The notes: generated from the sequence alone by a model not told the origin. Shown: positions 50,584 through 64,000, counted from the stretch's first letter. The stretch: 64,000 nt of DNA from Squalus acanthias (GCA_030390025.1 CM059432.1:83454001-83518000); one strand, 5' to 3'. Numbers and translations: made by a program.

Positions 50584-53500
50584 TTGAGTTGAGTAGAGTG
50601 GAATTCAGCTGAGTGGAGTAGAGTTAAGCTGAGTGGAGTTGAGCTGAGTGGAGTGGAGTTGAGCTGAGTTGAGTGGAGTTGAGTGGAGCTGAGTTGAGTG
50701 GAGTTGAGTGGAATTGAGTTGAGTGGAGTTGAGTGGAGTTGAGTGGAATTGAGTGGAGTTGAGTGGAGTTGAGTTGAGTGGAATTGAGTTGAGTTGAATG
50801 GAATTGAATTGAATTGAGTTGAGTGGAGTTGAGTTAAGTGGAGCTGAGTTGAGTTGAGTGGAGTTGAGTAGAATTGAGTTGAGTTGAGTTGAGTTGAGTG
50901 GAATTGAGTTGAGTTGAGTGGAGTTGAGTGGAATTGAGTTGAGTGGAATTGAGTGGAGTTGAGTGGAGTTGAGTGGAATTGAGTTGAGTTGAGTGGAGTT
51001 AAGTTGAGTGGAGTGGAGTGGAGTGGAGTGGAATTGAGTTGAATTGAGTTGAGTGGAGTTGAGTGGAGCTGAGTGGATTGGAGTGGATTGGAGTGGAGTT
51101 GAGTTGAGTTGAGTGGAGTTGAGTTGAGTGGAGTTAAGTTGAGTGGAGTGGAGTTGAGTGGAGTTGAGTGGAGTTGAGTGGAGTTGAGTTGAGTGGAGTG
51201 GAGTGGAGTGGAATTGAGTTGAGTTGAGTTGAGTTGAGTTGAGTGGAGTTGAGTGGAGTTGAGTGGAGCTGAGTGGATTGGAGTGGAGTTGAGTTGAGTG
51301 GAGTGGAGTGGAGTTGAGTTGAGTGGAGTTGAGTGGAGTGGAGTTGAGTGGAGTGGAGTTGAATGGAGTTGAGCTGAGTGGAGTGGAGTGGAGTTGAGTG
51401 GAGTGGAGTGGAGTTGAGTGGAATTGAGTTGAGTTGAGTGGAGTTGAGTGGAGTTGAGTTGAGTGGAGTGGAGTTGAGTGGAGTGGAGTGGAGTGGAGTG
51501 GAATTGAGTTGAGTTGAGTGGAGTTAAGTTGAGTGGAGTGGAGTGGAGTGGAGTGTTTTGGAGTGGAGTTGAGTGGAATTGAGTTGAGTTGAGTGGAGTT
51601 GAGTGGAATTGAGTTGAGTGGAGTTGAGTGGAGTGGAGTTGAGTTGAGTGGAGTTGAGTGGAGTGGAGTTGAGTGGAGTTGAGCTGAGTGGAGTGGAGTG
51701 GAGTGGAGTGGAGTGGAGTTGAGTTGAGTTGAGTGGAATTGAGTTGAGTTGAGTGGAGTTGAGTGGAATTGAGTTGAGTTGAGTGGAGTGGAGTGGAGTG
51801 GAGTTGAGTTAAGTGGAGCTGAGTTGAGTTGAGTGGAGTGGAGTTGAGTAGAATTGAGTTGAGTTGAGTTGAGTGGAATTGAGTTGAGTTGAGTGGAGTT
51901 GAGTGGAATTGAGTTGAGTGGAATTGAGTTGAGTGGAGTTGAGTGGAATTGAGTTGAGTTGAGTGGAGTTAAGTTGAGTGGAGTTCGAGTGGAGTGGAGT
52001 GGAGTGGAGTTGAGTGGAATTGAGTTGAGTTGAGTGGAGTTGAGTGGAATTGAGTTGAGTGGAGTTGAGTGGAGCTGAGTGGATTGGAGTGGAGTTGAGT
52101 TGAGTTGAGTTGAGTGGAGTTGAGTTGAGTGGAGTTAAGTTGAGTGGAGTGGAGTGGAGTTGAGTGGAGTGGAGTGGAGTTGAGTTGAGTTGAGTTGAGT
52201 GGAGTGGAGTGGAGTGGAGTTGAGTTGAGTGGAGTTGAGTTGAGTTGAGTGGAGTTGAGTGGAATTGAGTTGAGTGGAGTTGAGTGGTGCTGAGTGGATT
52301 GGAGTGGAGTTGAGTTGAGTGGAGTGGAGTGGAGTTGAGTTGAGTGGAGTTGAGTGGAGTGGTGTGGAGTTGAGTGGAGTGGAGTTGAGTGGAGTTGAGC
52401 TGAGTGGAGTGGAGTGGAGTTGAGTTGAGTTGAGTGAATTGAGTTGAGTTGAGTGGAGTGGAGTGGAGTGGAGTGGAGTTGAGTGGAGTTGAGTTGAGTT
52501 GAGTGGAGTTGAGTGGAATTGAGTTGAGTGGAGTTGAGTGGAGTGGAGTTGAGTTGAGTGGAGTTGAGTGGAGTGGAGTTGAGTGGAGTTGAGCTGAGTG
52601 GAGTGGAGTGGAGTTGAGTGGAGTGGAGTGGAGTTGAGTTGAGTTGAGTGGAATTGAGTTGAGTTGAGTGGAGTTGAGTGGAATTGAGTTGAGTTGAGTG
52701 GAGTGGAGTGGAGTTGAGTTAAGTGGAGCTGAGTTGAGTTGAGTGGAGTGGAGTTGAGTAGAATTGAGTTGAGTTGAGTTGAGTGGAATTGAGTTGAGTT
52801 GAGTGGAGTTGAGTGGAATTGAGTTGAGTGGAATTGAGTTGAGTGGAGTTGAGTGGAATTGAGTTGAGTTGAGTGGAGTTAAGTTGAGTGGAGTTCGAGT
52901 GGAGTGGAGTGGAGTGGAGTTGAGTGGAATTGAGTTGAGTTGAGTGGAGTTGAGTGGAATTGAGTTGAGTGGAGTTGAGTGGAGCTGAGTGGATTGGAGT
53001 GGAGTTGAGTTGAGTTGAGTGGAGTTGAGTTGAGTGGAGTTAAGTTGAGTGGAGTGGAGTGGAGTGGAGTGGAGTGGAGTTGAGTTGAGTGGAGTGGAGT
53101 GGAGTGGAGTTGAGTTGAGTGGAGTTGAGTTGAGTTGAGTGGAGTTGAGTGGAATTGAGTTGAGTGGAGTTGAGTGGAGCTGAGTGGATTGGAGTGGAGT
53201 TGAGTTGAGTGGAGTGGAGTGGAGTTGAGTTGAGTGGAGTTGAGTGGAGTGGTGTGGAGTTGAGTGGAGTGGAGTTGAGTGGAGTTGAGCTGAGTGGAGT
53301 GGAGTGGAGTTGAGTTGAGTTGAGTGAATTGAGTTGAGTTGAGTGGAGTGGAGTGGAGTGGAGTGGAGTGGAGTTGAGTGGAGTTGAGTTGAGTTGAGTT
53401 GAGTTGAGTTGAGTGGAGTGGAGTTGAGTGGAGTGGAGTGGAGTTGAGTGGAATTGAGTTGAGTTGAGTGGAGCTGAGTGGATTGGAGTGGAGTTGAGTT

Positions 53501-54348
53501 GAGTGGAGTGGAGTGGAGTTGAGTTGAGTGGAGTTGAGTGGAGTGGAGTTGAGTGGAGTTGAGCTGAGTGGAGTTGAGTGGAGTGGAGTGGAGTTGAGTT
53601 GAGTTGAGTGGAATTGAGTTGAGTTGAGTGGAGTTGAGTGGAATTGAGTTGAGTTGAGTGGAGTGGAGTGGAGTGGAGTTGAGTGGAGTGGAGTGGAGTT
53701 GAGTGGAGTTGAGCTGAGTTGAGTTGAGTGTGGAGTTGAGTGGAGTTGAGTGGAGTTGAGTGGAGTGGGGTGGAGTGGGGTGGAGTGGAGTTGAGCTGAG
53801 TGGAGTGGAGTGGAGTTGAGTGGAGTTGAGTGGAGTGGAGTGGAGTGGGGTGGAGTGGAGTTGAGCTGAGTGGAGTGGAGTGGAGTTGAGTTGAGTGGAG
53901 TGGAGTTGAGTTGAGTGGAGTTGAGCTGAGTTGAGTTGAGTGTGGAGTTGAGTGGAGTTGAGTGGAGTGGAGTCGAGCTGAGTTGAGTGGAGTTGAGTGG
54001 AGTGGAGTGGAGTGGAGTTGAGTAGAGTTGAGTGGAGTTGAGTGGAATGGAGTGGAGTTGAGTTGAGTGGAATTCAGTTGAGTGGAGTTGAGTTGAGTGG
54101 AGTTGAGTGGAGTTGAGTTGAGTTGAGTGGAGTTGAGTTGAGTTGAGTGGAGTTGAGTGGAGTTGAGTTGAGTTGAGTTGAGTGGAGTTGAGTGGAGTGG
54201 AGTTGAGTTGAGTTGAGTTGAGTGGAATTCAGTTGAGTGGAGTTGAGTTGAGTGTAGTTGAGGGGAGTTGAGTTGAGTTGAGTGGAGTTGCGTTGAGCTA
54301 AGTGGAGCTGAGTGGAGTTGAGTTGAGTGGAATTCAGTTGAGTAGAGT
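50584..54348 (+). repeat. 3.8-kb pentanucleotide satellite (GAGTG/GAGTT, with GAATT and GAGCT variants)
   Basis: Direct reading; rare variants recur at ~0.9-kb spacing. Confidence 0.97.
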
Positions 54349-57341
54349 CGCAGTGGTCCCCATTTGGGGCAGTTCGATAGAGCAGCTGTTGCCTGCGTTC
54401 GGCAGAAGAATGCTAATGAGGCAAATTGTGACGTCAATCAGTGTGTAATGCTGAATTGACACACGACCTGCTATTTTGGACATCGCCATTCAACTGTACG
54501 CCCTCTCTAAAGCACGCACAGCTGAACCTGCTTTCAGCTGCATAATGGAGCCCCCACCAGTGCTATGTAAAGGGACACATGCAACTTTGAGAAAAGTTGC
54601 TTTTTGTTCAGGTATTGTTTCCTGTACAGTTTATTTGAGTTGTGGCTTGTTGTAAGACATTTAAAAAGTTGTTGAAGTGTGCCGGGAGTTCAGGGAGTGC
54701 TGCTGGATGTTTGCAAAGCTTTGGCTCTTAAAGGAAGGCCTTTGAGAAGATCACTTGCTCCCAGTCCTGGGTGTTCTAGTTGCAGTCCCCCTTGGGCTGC
54801 AGCATGACATGGAGATGGAGCAGAGGCAGCAAAGGGGACAAGCTGCTCGCAGAGGGAGGAGGAGGAGGAGAAGAGGAAGAAGCAGTAGAGGAGGAAGCGG
54901 AAGAGGAGGAGGAGGAAGAGAGGAGGAGGAAGCAGAAGGAAGGAGGAAACCCAGACAGTCCCTTTCTGGCTAGAATATCCGGGATCGAATCATTTGCCTG
55001 CGGTACCAGTGACCACAACCCCAATTCCTCATTCAATATTAGTCCCACACCTTCTGACCATCACAGCGTCCTCTAGGCCACAATACTGAAATAAAAGCCA
55101 CCGCAAAGCAAACTTTCCAATCCAACTTTTTCCATATATGCATCCAATATTACATCAAAGAATCAACTAATCACCCTTGTGCATTCCCTTAGTGACTGTC
55201 TTGCGTGTACCTTTGCCTATCCTCGTGCTGCTATGCAATGCTACCCCAGTGCCTGCAGCACGGCTGGTGGAAGGCTGCTGACTTTCAGTGGGGGAGACTG
55301 CAGATGGCCTTGCAGGACAACCTTGAGGAGCTCTGGGCCTAGTATGCCCGGCTTCGGACTCCACCACCTCGGCATGGGCGGCAGCAGTCTGGGCTGGTTG
55401 ACAGGCAACAGCAAGGGCATTGGTGGAGTGGCAGTGGTGGAAGGATGAATGCTGTCGTCCCGCGAGAGGACAGTAGGGTCGTCCTCCACAGATCCATTAT
55501 CACTCCCACGGGGCAGCACCTCAGCAATCCTAGCAATCTGCTGGAGTACAGACTGCTGGACTGCTGTGACACCCTGCAAGCCCTTTTCAACACTCGTAAA
55601 CCCAGCCATGATGGCAGCAGTCTGAGCTTGCATGAATTCAGTCTGAGCTTCCATTGCAGCACTCAGACGTTGGGTGGATACTGCTTGTGCTGCAATAGAA
55701 GCAGAGACTTTGGCCATCAGACGCTGCATGATGGTTGGATCCACAAGTGCGGTAATGGATCTGCCCACCCCTTCCACGCTGGAAAGGATGGGCTCCACGC
55801 TCTGCGCAAAGCCCTGTGCAAGGTTGAAGCCAGACTCCTCCATGCTCCTTGACATTGCATTCAGGCTTTCTGGCAGGCCTCCCAATGCACCAAGCATTTC
55901 ATTGTGCATACCCATCAGCGTTCTTCTGTAGGCCGCCCCATCGAAGTCTTCATCTGAGTCCTGAGCAGTAGAACTCATGTGCAACCTCGCCGTCTGGGGA
56001 GCTGGCAGCAGCCCACTCGTGTCCAGTGTCTCACCGTGTGCAGATCCCGCATCGAACCTATCCTCTAAAGTACGCGCATTGTCAATATCTGAGCTGGTGG
56101 CTGGGAGTTGAAATCGAGTGATGGTGTTTCTTTTTCTTCTTCACTCTCCTCTCCCTCTTCTTGTTCAACCACTGACTGGGCAGGCTGGATTTCTTGGGTG
56201 TCTGAAATGATAAAGGCACATGGTGTGGTGAGGGGAGAGGGGGAAAGCAAGAGGTACATGGTTGCACCATGTTTAGATTGTAAATTAGAAGAGATTGTGG
56301 GATGGGGGGAAGTGGGATGTAAGAAGGAGGATAATGTATGAGGTTACCAGCATCTTGTATTCTTTCAGATCCGCCACTGGCCATGGGCTCAGCCATGTCC
56401 CTGCCAAGAATGGCCAGCACCGTCTCCTCCATGGGGGTGAGGTGATGCAGGCGAGCCTGTCCCCCACCGATTAAATTCTGCTGGTGCTGGTTATGCGCCA
56501 CCTTTTCCTGCAAGAGAAAGGGAAGTGTGTTAGTGAGTGTGGTGTAATGTGTTTGGGTGATGTGGCTGCCATGGTTGAATAACTGACCGTGTTCAGTCTG
56601 TGAGATGTGCATGTGAGGCTTGCAGCAGTGGTAAGTGTATGAGGGTGAGGTGAATCTAGGAATGTGAGGTGTGCCTCGTGTTTGGTAGATTGTTGATAGG
56701 TGAGCGATGGGGGTGCGGTGCATTGAGCAGTGTGTGAGGCTAGTGGTGCAGTTGGTAAGAGATGGCTTTTAAAGATGCATTCACTGACCTTGACCACTTG
56801 TGTGAGGTCATTAAACTTCTTTCGGCACTGGAACCACGTCCTGGGGGCGACACTGGCAGTGACCATCTCGGCGATCTGGTCTCACATCCTGCTTACAGTG
56901 TTTCTGGATGGCCTTCTGGCCCCCTGTGGGTAGAGGACCTCTCTTCGAGTATTTGCCCCCTGCACAAAGGCCTCAAAGGCTGCGTCCCGAGACCCTGGGT
57001 GCCGCTTCCCTGGCCCGTTGGGCCATTTTGGTTAGTGCTGAAGCAGTTTTAAAATTTTTGCTCACCGGAAGGCAGCTCACCTTTAAGAGTTGCAGACTGC
57101 CTTTAAGAGGCACAGGCTAGGTTGAAGTAAAGCTAGCCTCGCACGAACATCGCAAACTTTGGCCCCCTACTGAGCACACAGCCAGTCAGCAGCACATTCT
57201 GCGTTGGGCTGTGCGCTGCTTTCATGCGAAGTAGCAGGCAGCATGAATTTTACGTGCTGTCTGAATTCCTTTCAACGGGTGCGGGCAGATCGCGCATCGT
57301 GATCCCCGCACCTGTTTTTGTGCCTAATCCAATTTCACCCC
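54325..57341 (+). mobile_element. Transposase-deleted Harbinger retaining a full-length (pseudogenised) Myb-like gene
   Basis: Right TIR aatttcacccc (57331-57341); fused transposase N- and C-terminal remnants near 54770-55010; 3-exon Myb-like gene on the - strand; left end merges with the satellite. Confidence 0.85.
55167..57026 (-). pseudogene. Myb/SANT-like Harbinger gene, exons 57026-56789, 56507-56348, 56201-55167; frameshifts and an in-frame TGA
   Basis: MAQRAREAAPR...PRTWFQCRKKFNDLTQVVK | EKVAHN...GGG...LTPMEE | ...GMHNEMLGAL...; same intron phases (0, 1) as the intact gene. Confidence 0.85.
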
Positions 57342-59576
57342 GGTTGTTTTTCTTAAGAGGAGTTGGTTAGTATATCTACTGTAAATATATGTATGTTTAT
57401 ATTACTGTTTTATTATTGTTTTATATTCACTTGTTCATCTTTTGTTCAATAAATTTGCTTCTTAAAGTCTAAAATGAGTTCTGATATTTTAATATTCTGC
57501 TACTTTTCAAAGACGGAAGAGTTAAAATCTCTCGGGTCTCATGCTGCGGTGGCCCAGACTGTTTGCCAGCTCCCACGGCCCCTCCTCACATGACTCTTGC
57601 TCCCAGTTAAAATAGACCCTTTAGAAGCTGAAGTACTCAGAGTAAGAGAGACAGAAAGCCTCAAAAGTGTGGTGCGGGGTGGTCACACCATAGGTAATCG
57701 ATATGGTAAATTCCCAATCTCAGACAAGCCATCAATGGACCTATTGATTGGAGCTTAAGCATTTTGTTAATGGGAGGAAGGGCAAAATCAGAGGGTACTG
57801 TGCTGCTAGGCCAGAGGGTTGTGTTGTTTGAAGGACAGCAGCCAAGGGTTAAATAATTGGCATAGACAAATATTCAGGAATTTTATTTCATTACCTTTAG
57901 GATAAGAGAGTATTCATGCAAAACTTTTTATCAGGAGAATAAATGGGCAAAGTCCACAACAGGACAGAGTGTATGTGGCGTGTGGAAGAATTAATAGCTG
58001 AGGCCTTTTGTTGTTCCATGCTTTCTTATGTTCTTATCCTACGATCTCCTAACACATGGCACTAATGTGCTTCCGTGACATGGAGTCACAAATTAAATGT
58101 ATTCTAATCTTGTTGAATTTTTGTAATGATGAAAATCATAAAGCGAGGTATGCTTTGGGGTTGAAATTCCACTTTGTCCTATTTTTAGCGTGCCTTTTAA
58201 TGTGTTCATATCAAATTCTTGCATGCACTATTTTAACAAAGTTATTACCCATTTAACAAACTTTATTTTACTGGGGTTCAATGTCCTTTGTGCACTATTT
58301 AATTCAAACAAATTAATGACTTTGTTAAATTAGTGAACACAGGATTTTACTCAAATGTATTAACCATTGCACGGAAAATAGCACACAGAGGAATTTCAAC
58401 CGCAGCAAAACAAAGTACTGATTCCAAAATGGAATATGATATGCAATCTTACTCTCTGTCTACAATCTACCAAAAACACAGGCTTATTAAAAGCAAAGAT
58501 GAGTACAATAAATGCAGTCTAAAAATGTGGTGCGGCTTTTGAAAGTAAACAATGTTGGGATTGTTAATTTATATTTTCTGGCGAAGTCTCTGAATAAGGA
58601 CAGTTTCTCATTTGGAGGGGATGGTATCTGAATTATATTAACTGCTGGTATCATACTACACTGGCCATGGACGCTGTTTGCTTTTAAAGGCAAGAAATAG
58701 TCTCATAATATCTAAGAATACATTTAAAAAGACCTATTTTGGTAGCTAGTCCACTTTGTAAAACTATAGTGCAGCTAGTTCATGGATAATACAGCTATAC
58801 ATTTGGTCCAAGCTCATGAAAATCACAGTGCACCTATTGTATTAGTGTTTCCTTACGTGGCAGACCTGACAAGAGACATTTACTTTTGATTTGATAAGGA
58901 TCTGTCCATTAATCTGAATAAGGAAGGCATAAATTGTAATGCTGTTAAAAAAAGCCTTCCAAGCCATACCTCTTCGAATTGTAAAAGAATTGCATGCTTC
59001 AGCTTGTATTAGCAGATCACACTATCTCTGTGGTTCCTCTGAAAATATATGTGCTGCCAAAAAGACCATTACCAGGACAGAGTGGGCATATAGAGTTACA
59101 CCTGAAGCTTATACATGAACCTTGTATCACCACTATGTTCTCATCTGGAAACTGATTCAAAAATGTTACCACATTACATTAAAAACAATGGGATTGGCCC
59201 CTAATACAGTTAGAATGGATAGACAAAAAAGGCTGATTCTACTGGTCTGATATTTAGCTTCATAGCCCCAAAAAGATTAATAATTTCCATGTGCACATTG
59301 GGAAATATTACTTAATAGCTTGTAGGCCAGGACTGATTTAAGCATGTTCCCAGATTATATGAGAATTTATTCTGTGGGGGGTGATTAATAATTTTCACTC
59401 CTCACAGGATGGACAGTTCACATGAGGATATTGCAAATGATAATTCACTGATGTGAATTTGCGACTTAATGGTTGGTATCCTTTGTTTGATCAAGGAATT
59501 TAAGAACAGGTCTAAAGAGGTGCTTGATACTCCATTATAGTTCAAATTAGCTACTGACTTTACCCCCTCACCATTT

Positions 59577-59764
59577 GGGTGGTCATTTTAACCTAACTCG
59601 CCAGATGGGAAACCACGGGATCAGGTGGAACGCCGGTTTTACACTTCGGCCATTATTACTTTTTATTGACTTCCATGGAAAGTGAAATCGGACGGGGTGT
59701 GAAGCCAGTGTTGCACCTGATCCGGTCAGTTTCCCGACAGGTGGGTCAGATTAAAATTGCCCCC
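59577..59764. mobile_element. Palindromic MITE (~190 bp)
   Basis: Arms are imperfect reverse complements (ggtcattttaacc / ttaaaattgccccc; gatcaggtg / cacctgatc). Confidence 0.65.
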
Positions 59765-59972
59765 TGAGCAACAGCAAGATATTCAACCTCAGGGGACATC
59801 ATACCTGAACCCGATTCTATCCACACCTGATCGATGTTAATGCACATTCACCTTCCAGCAAAAGCTTGGCTGATATTTTGCCTTTCCCAGCAAAACAGAA
59901 ACCTCAGTTACAGTGGGAGCTCTCTTATTTTCAATACAGACAATGTAATAATTTCAGCATTTTTTTAGACAA

Positions 59973-60797
59973 GGAGGGAATTTTAACCCCAAATAACGGG
60001 TGGGTTTGGGTCGGGTGGGAGGTTAAAATGTTCAAAATCTAAATCCCGACCCCAACCCACCTCCAACTCGCCTATTTCCGGTTTAAACAGAGATCGAGCA
60101 GGGGGATGAGCAACCAACCCGCTCCCAGGAGGCGGGTTGCCAATTTAAATATTATAATGAGGCTGCATGTCTCATATTGATCCACAATTTCAAATTTAAC
60201 TCTGGCCAACCGGGTATCCCGGGCGTTGGGAAGCCTGCTGGTTAAAGGGAGACAAGGACTGCTGGATCCAGGAGGTAAGTGCCTTTCCACTTACCTGCTG
60301 GATCCAGCGTACCTGCCTCACCAATCCCCTGCGATCGGACCCCCACCCACCAACACTTCCGACCTCCCTCCGACCACTCCCACGAGGGCTACAACCTCCT
60401 CCACGAGGCCTCTGATCTCAGCACCCCCCCCCCGAGGCCTCCACTCTCACCCCCACCTGAGGCTTCCAATCCCCGACCCCGCCCCGGCCTCCAACCACCC
60501 TGCCCAGCCTCTGATCCCTCTCAAGCCTCCGATCTCTGACCCTACCCCCCCCCCCCCAAACCTCCAATCCCCCCTCTCTCCTCTCTGCTCCCTGACTGCG
60601 GCCTGGTGCCGAAGGCCTACCCGTCCGACAGCCAGTCAGCCTCTCAATCTGGCTGGCTGTGGCTGGGAAACGGAGAAAAAAAATCAGGTCTGCCGTTAAA
60701 TTCAGCAGGGCCTGAGGGAAACCTGTTCGTCCGGGTTTCCCGAACTCAATCCAGTCCCCCCATGCTCCCTCCCCGCCTCCGAGTAAAAATCCAGCCC
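59973..60797. mobile_element. Non-autonomous MITE, Harbinger-like termini, C-rich interior
   Basis: Starts gagggaattttaacccc and ends gagtaaaaatccagccc; GC-rich island similar in layout to 8279-8900. Confidence 0.5.
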
Positions 60798-63700
60798 TCT
60801 GGCACTGTTCCCACTGAAGGGTATAGGAAGCACACTCAGGTTTATCAGTTTCGGTGTGAGGATTTTACTGGCAGAGTTTAGCTCCTTTGGAGGTAGTGTA
60901 GCCATTCACAACGGGAGTGTGATTTGGTGAGGCAGCTTTGCGGTGGTGATCTGATATTCAAGCTGCATTGCCATTTCCTTTCATTGCTGTTTACCTGAAT
61001 TGTAGCTGAGTTCTGATTGCTGATTATTGCCACCAGATGACAAATAGAAAAATAGTTGGACTACAGTACTATCAAATCTCAAAGCAATAACAACATAGTG
61101 ATTAAGAAGATTGGCTTATTATAGTATATTCATATCGATAATTGATTCTTTTTTCTTTTTTACAGAACAGTGGAATATGTTTTATGTAACCCTTAAAGCA
61201 CTAGTCATGTGCTGTGCCGGCTGTACGCACTACCACTTTATTCAGGATGGTATCAGTTATTAAAGGGGCAGACTGCTAATGGTACAGCGTCTTGCAAGAG
61301 AATTAAAAAAGTTTATAAACAAGTGAAGCAATCAGCGACACAGTATCATAATTGTGTCAGTGCACTACAAATTTATTAGTTATGATTTTACTTTCAAGAA
61401 AGCGAACTCTCCCTTTAAGTTAAAAAAAACTCACTGAAAAGCAGCTCAGACTTCAATTTCCAATTCAAATAGAGAGGCCTCTTCCCGGGTGAAACAGATG
61501 GCGTTTGCCCTGTTTGTCTAATCTCTATGCAGCAATGCAAAAAAAAACACGCTGTAGATCTTCTCAAATTCACTGTTAAAGGATATTTTTGTGGATTTGA
61601 AAGTACGTATATAATTATAATGTTAATGTTCTACCACACTTTTGATGACGTTATGGCAGCACAAATAGTCCAAAGAAACTTAGGGCCATAGTTTAGTATC
61701 CTCAATGCTATTAGTAAAATACCTTCCCTGATTAACATAGCCACTTCCATCCTAAATTTATTCCAAAGTTTTTATTAATATTCACAGTACAAAACTTAAT
61801 TCTCATTGGGTAGTGCAGTGGTTTTGCCTCTTGTCTTTTCATCACTAGCCTAGAGAGGACTGTCTCTTCTACACTTTCCAATATCTAAACCATCAGACCA
61901 GGAACTTTAGGCATACAAGGAGAATGATCCCAATCAATTGTAGTGAGGACCTACTGATTCCCTGACCTAATTAAACCCCAGAGTCAAGAACAGATTAGTT
62001 CAACCCTTAAACCCACATTGTTCCCAATGCAAGCACAAACACGGCGAGAAAACTAAAACATCGATATATTCTTGCAAGCATTGTGCAATCAAAATGTGCT
62101 GTATTTCATAAATATGTATATCAAGAATGTAAACTCTTGATAATACAACTTTAAAAAGTGGAAAAAGAAAGGATATGCGTGTGTATTTGTGAAAGAGAAG
62201 GGGAGAGGGAGCAAGACAATCCTCTGTCTCTAAACTGCTACTAATTTTATTAACACCAGGTGGCATTATGCCTGCACTACATCACAGTTTGTTCGTGGAC
62301 TATACTCTGCCTTCACTATCTAAACACACTGCTGATCCAGGCTAATTTACAGGGCATGACTTGATGCTGATGTACTTTAAAATCTGACATTTCAGATTTA
62401 TCCACCCTTTTCTCCAGTGTCAAAAGACTTGATGAAAATAATGAAGTTTTCCACATTCCCCAAATTCTCAACATGAGGGTTGGCAAATATGTTGATGTTT
62501 CTTTGTCAAAAAACTTTGCTATGGTGCTGATACAGTCTGGCAAAGTCTGTCAAAAAAGCACTGTTATGCAGAAACAAAACTTAAAACAATCCACTTTTGG
62601 AATAATTCCACCAGCAACACATTGCATAAACACAAATGATGGCTTTCCTTTGTCAAAACGTTTGTCAAGTGTTAGTAGAGGTTTGTTGGATGTACCAGCA
62701 AGTAATTAAGCAACATGATGATTCTTAAGACAAAAAGATTGACAGAGAAAAACATCGATACACCAATGTCATGTAAAGATCCTAGTATTCAGTTAACATG
62801 CCCCACTCTGAAAGTGAAAAAAGTACTCGAGAGAACTACTTTATGACTGGATCAGTATGCTGTGTGGAATGCCTGCTTTAAATTGTTGTTTCTAAATTAG
62901 AGGTGCTTCACATTACCAGTGCAGTATTGCCTACACATTACAGTTATAAATGCCTTGGATTCCTCATGGCACAAGGTAAAATAGATTCTATTAGACCTGT
63001 GAGCACGGGTGGCTTGCTACAATCTGCTTTTGGTGGAAACTGGAATGTCTCCCGATCACCCACACAACTGTTTGCAGAGAGAGCTATTACACCTCCCTGG
63101 ATTTTGGTTAGACTGTCAAATTAGAGGATCCACTGAGCAGCTCCATCAGACTGGTTAAAGAGAAAGAGAAATGCAAAACAACTGACTTGTTAACTTGCAC
63201 ATGAAGGAGCACAAGAAACAAAGCGAGGGTTTAATAGATAAAACTCAAAAAAACAACTAGCTTTCAAATTAGCTGAGTTGTTTTAATTGTGAGAGCTACA
63301 GGTCACCGCCACTCATTTTGTTTCCTCATACTGCTTGCAGGCCTCAAGACCAATCAATAAAATGTGAGTAACCCTGCCTGTGAACCAGAATGAATAGTTC
63401 AACCACAAAAGCAACAAAAGAAGGCAAGGATCTTTTCATGTCCTTTCATGTGTACTTAAAAGGAATCTCCCCATTAGTCCCCCATTTTCCAAAGCTAAAA
63501 TAATTATGATTAATGTGCAACGTTGAAGTGCTAAAAATGACTAAAGCACCTTGGGCAAATTACTTTATGTGCTGATTTTACCTCAGACCCTTTGCACTGC
63601 TGCCCGGGAACTTCCCCAGGCCAGTTTTCCTGAAGATGTTATCGACACTCAGGCTTCTCAACATGAAATAGTCAAAAATTAGATTAAAAAACAAAAGGGT

Positions 63701-64000
63701 GGTAATGTTAACTAAAGCACTCTTAAAACTGTATGATTCTTAAAAAAGATATATTCCCTCTTTAATCTAAAGTAAGAAGAAAGTCGAAATGTGCAAGAAA
63801 ATTGTGCGCACAAATCTGACAACGCAAATATGTCATCAGATTAGAAATACATGGAGAGGTCCATCCAAAAGGAAGCAGCTTTAGAAATAAGTGACAATAC
63901 AAGAAATGACAAGATGCATTCACCATTGCATTCATTATCCCCTTATTATTGTTGGATGTATGAGTAAACTTTTGAACATGATTACTTTGTCCATTGACTT

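Noticed and set aside
53040..54437. 465-aa (STQLN/STPLH)n ORF
   Set aside because: Reverse-strand translation of the pentamer satellite with a non-ATG start
61166..61248. Candidate host exon after a strong polypyrimidine acceptor (QWNMFYVTLKALVMCC...)
   Set aside because: Weak donor, no recognisable homology and no partner exons; would need RNA-seq or BLASTX support
62371..62709. Open frame of about 110 codons, and similar short ORFs at 4474-4890 and 7140-7439
   Set aside because: No recognisable domain; lengths compatible with chance

Overview
Repeat-dominated vertebrate genomic DNA. The LINE, SINE and DNA-transposon families resemble those I know from cartilaginous fish (shark); this assignment is recalled, not searched. 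No host protein-coding exon could be confidently identified. Contents: (i) several CR1-type LINE copies with APE endonuclease and RT remnants; (ii) two large G-rich tandem arrays, a ~30-bp minisatellite inside a ~4.5-kb tandem duplication at 9.7-19.0 kb and a GAGTG/GAGTT pentamer array at 50.6-54.3 kb; (iii) a 1.3-kb solo-LTR-like insert; (iv) a dense set of PIF/Harbinger elements. The centrepiece is an apparently intact 4,286-bp autonomous Harbinger (41587-45872) with 12-bp TIRs and an ATA TSD. It carries an uninterrupted 386-aa DDE transposase and a convergent 3-exon, 488-aa Myb/SANT-like partner gene that the ORF track only shows in pieces. Around it are transposase-deleted, Myb-retaining relatives, a fossil transposase and many MITEs. 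One old CR1 copy (38.5-46.35 kb) has been split by four separate insertions.
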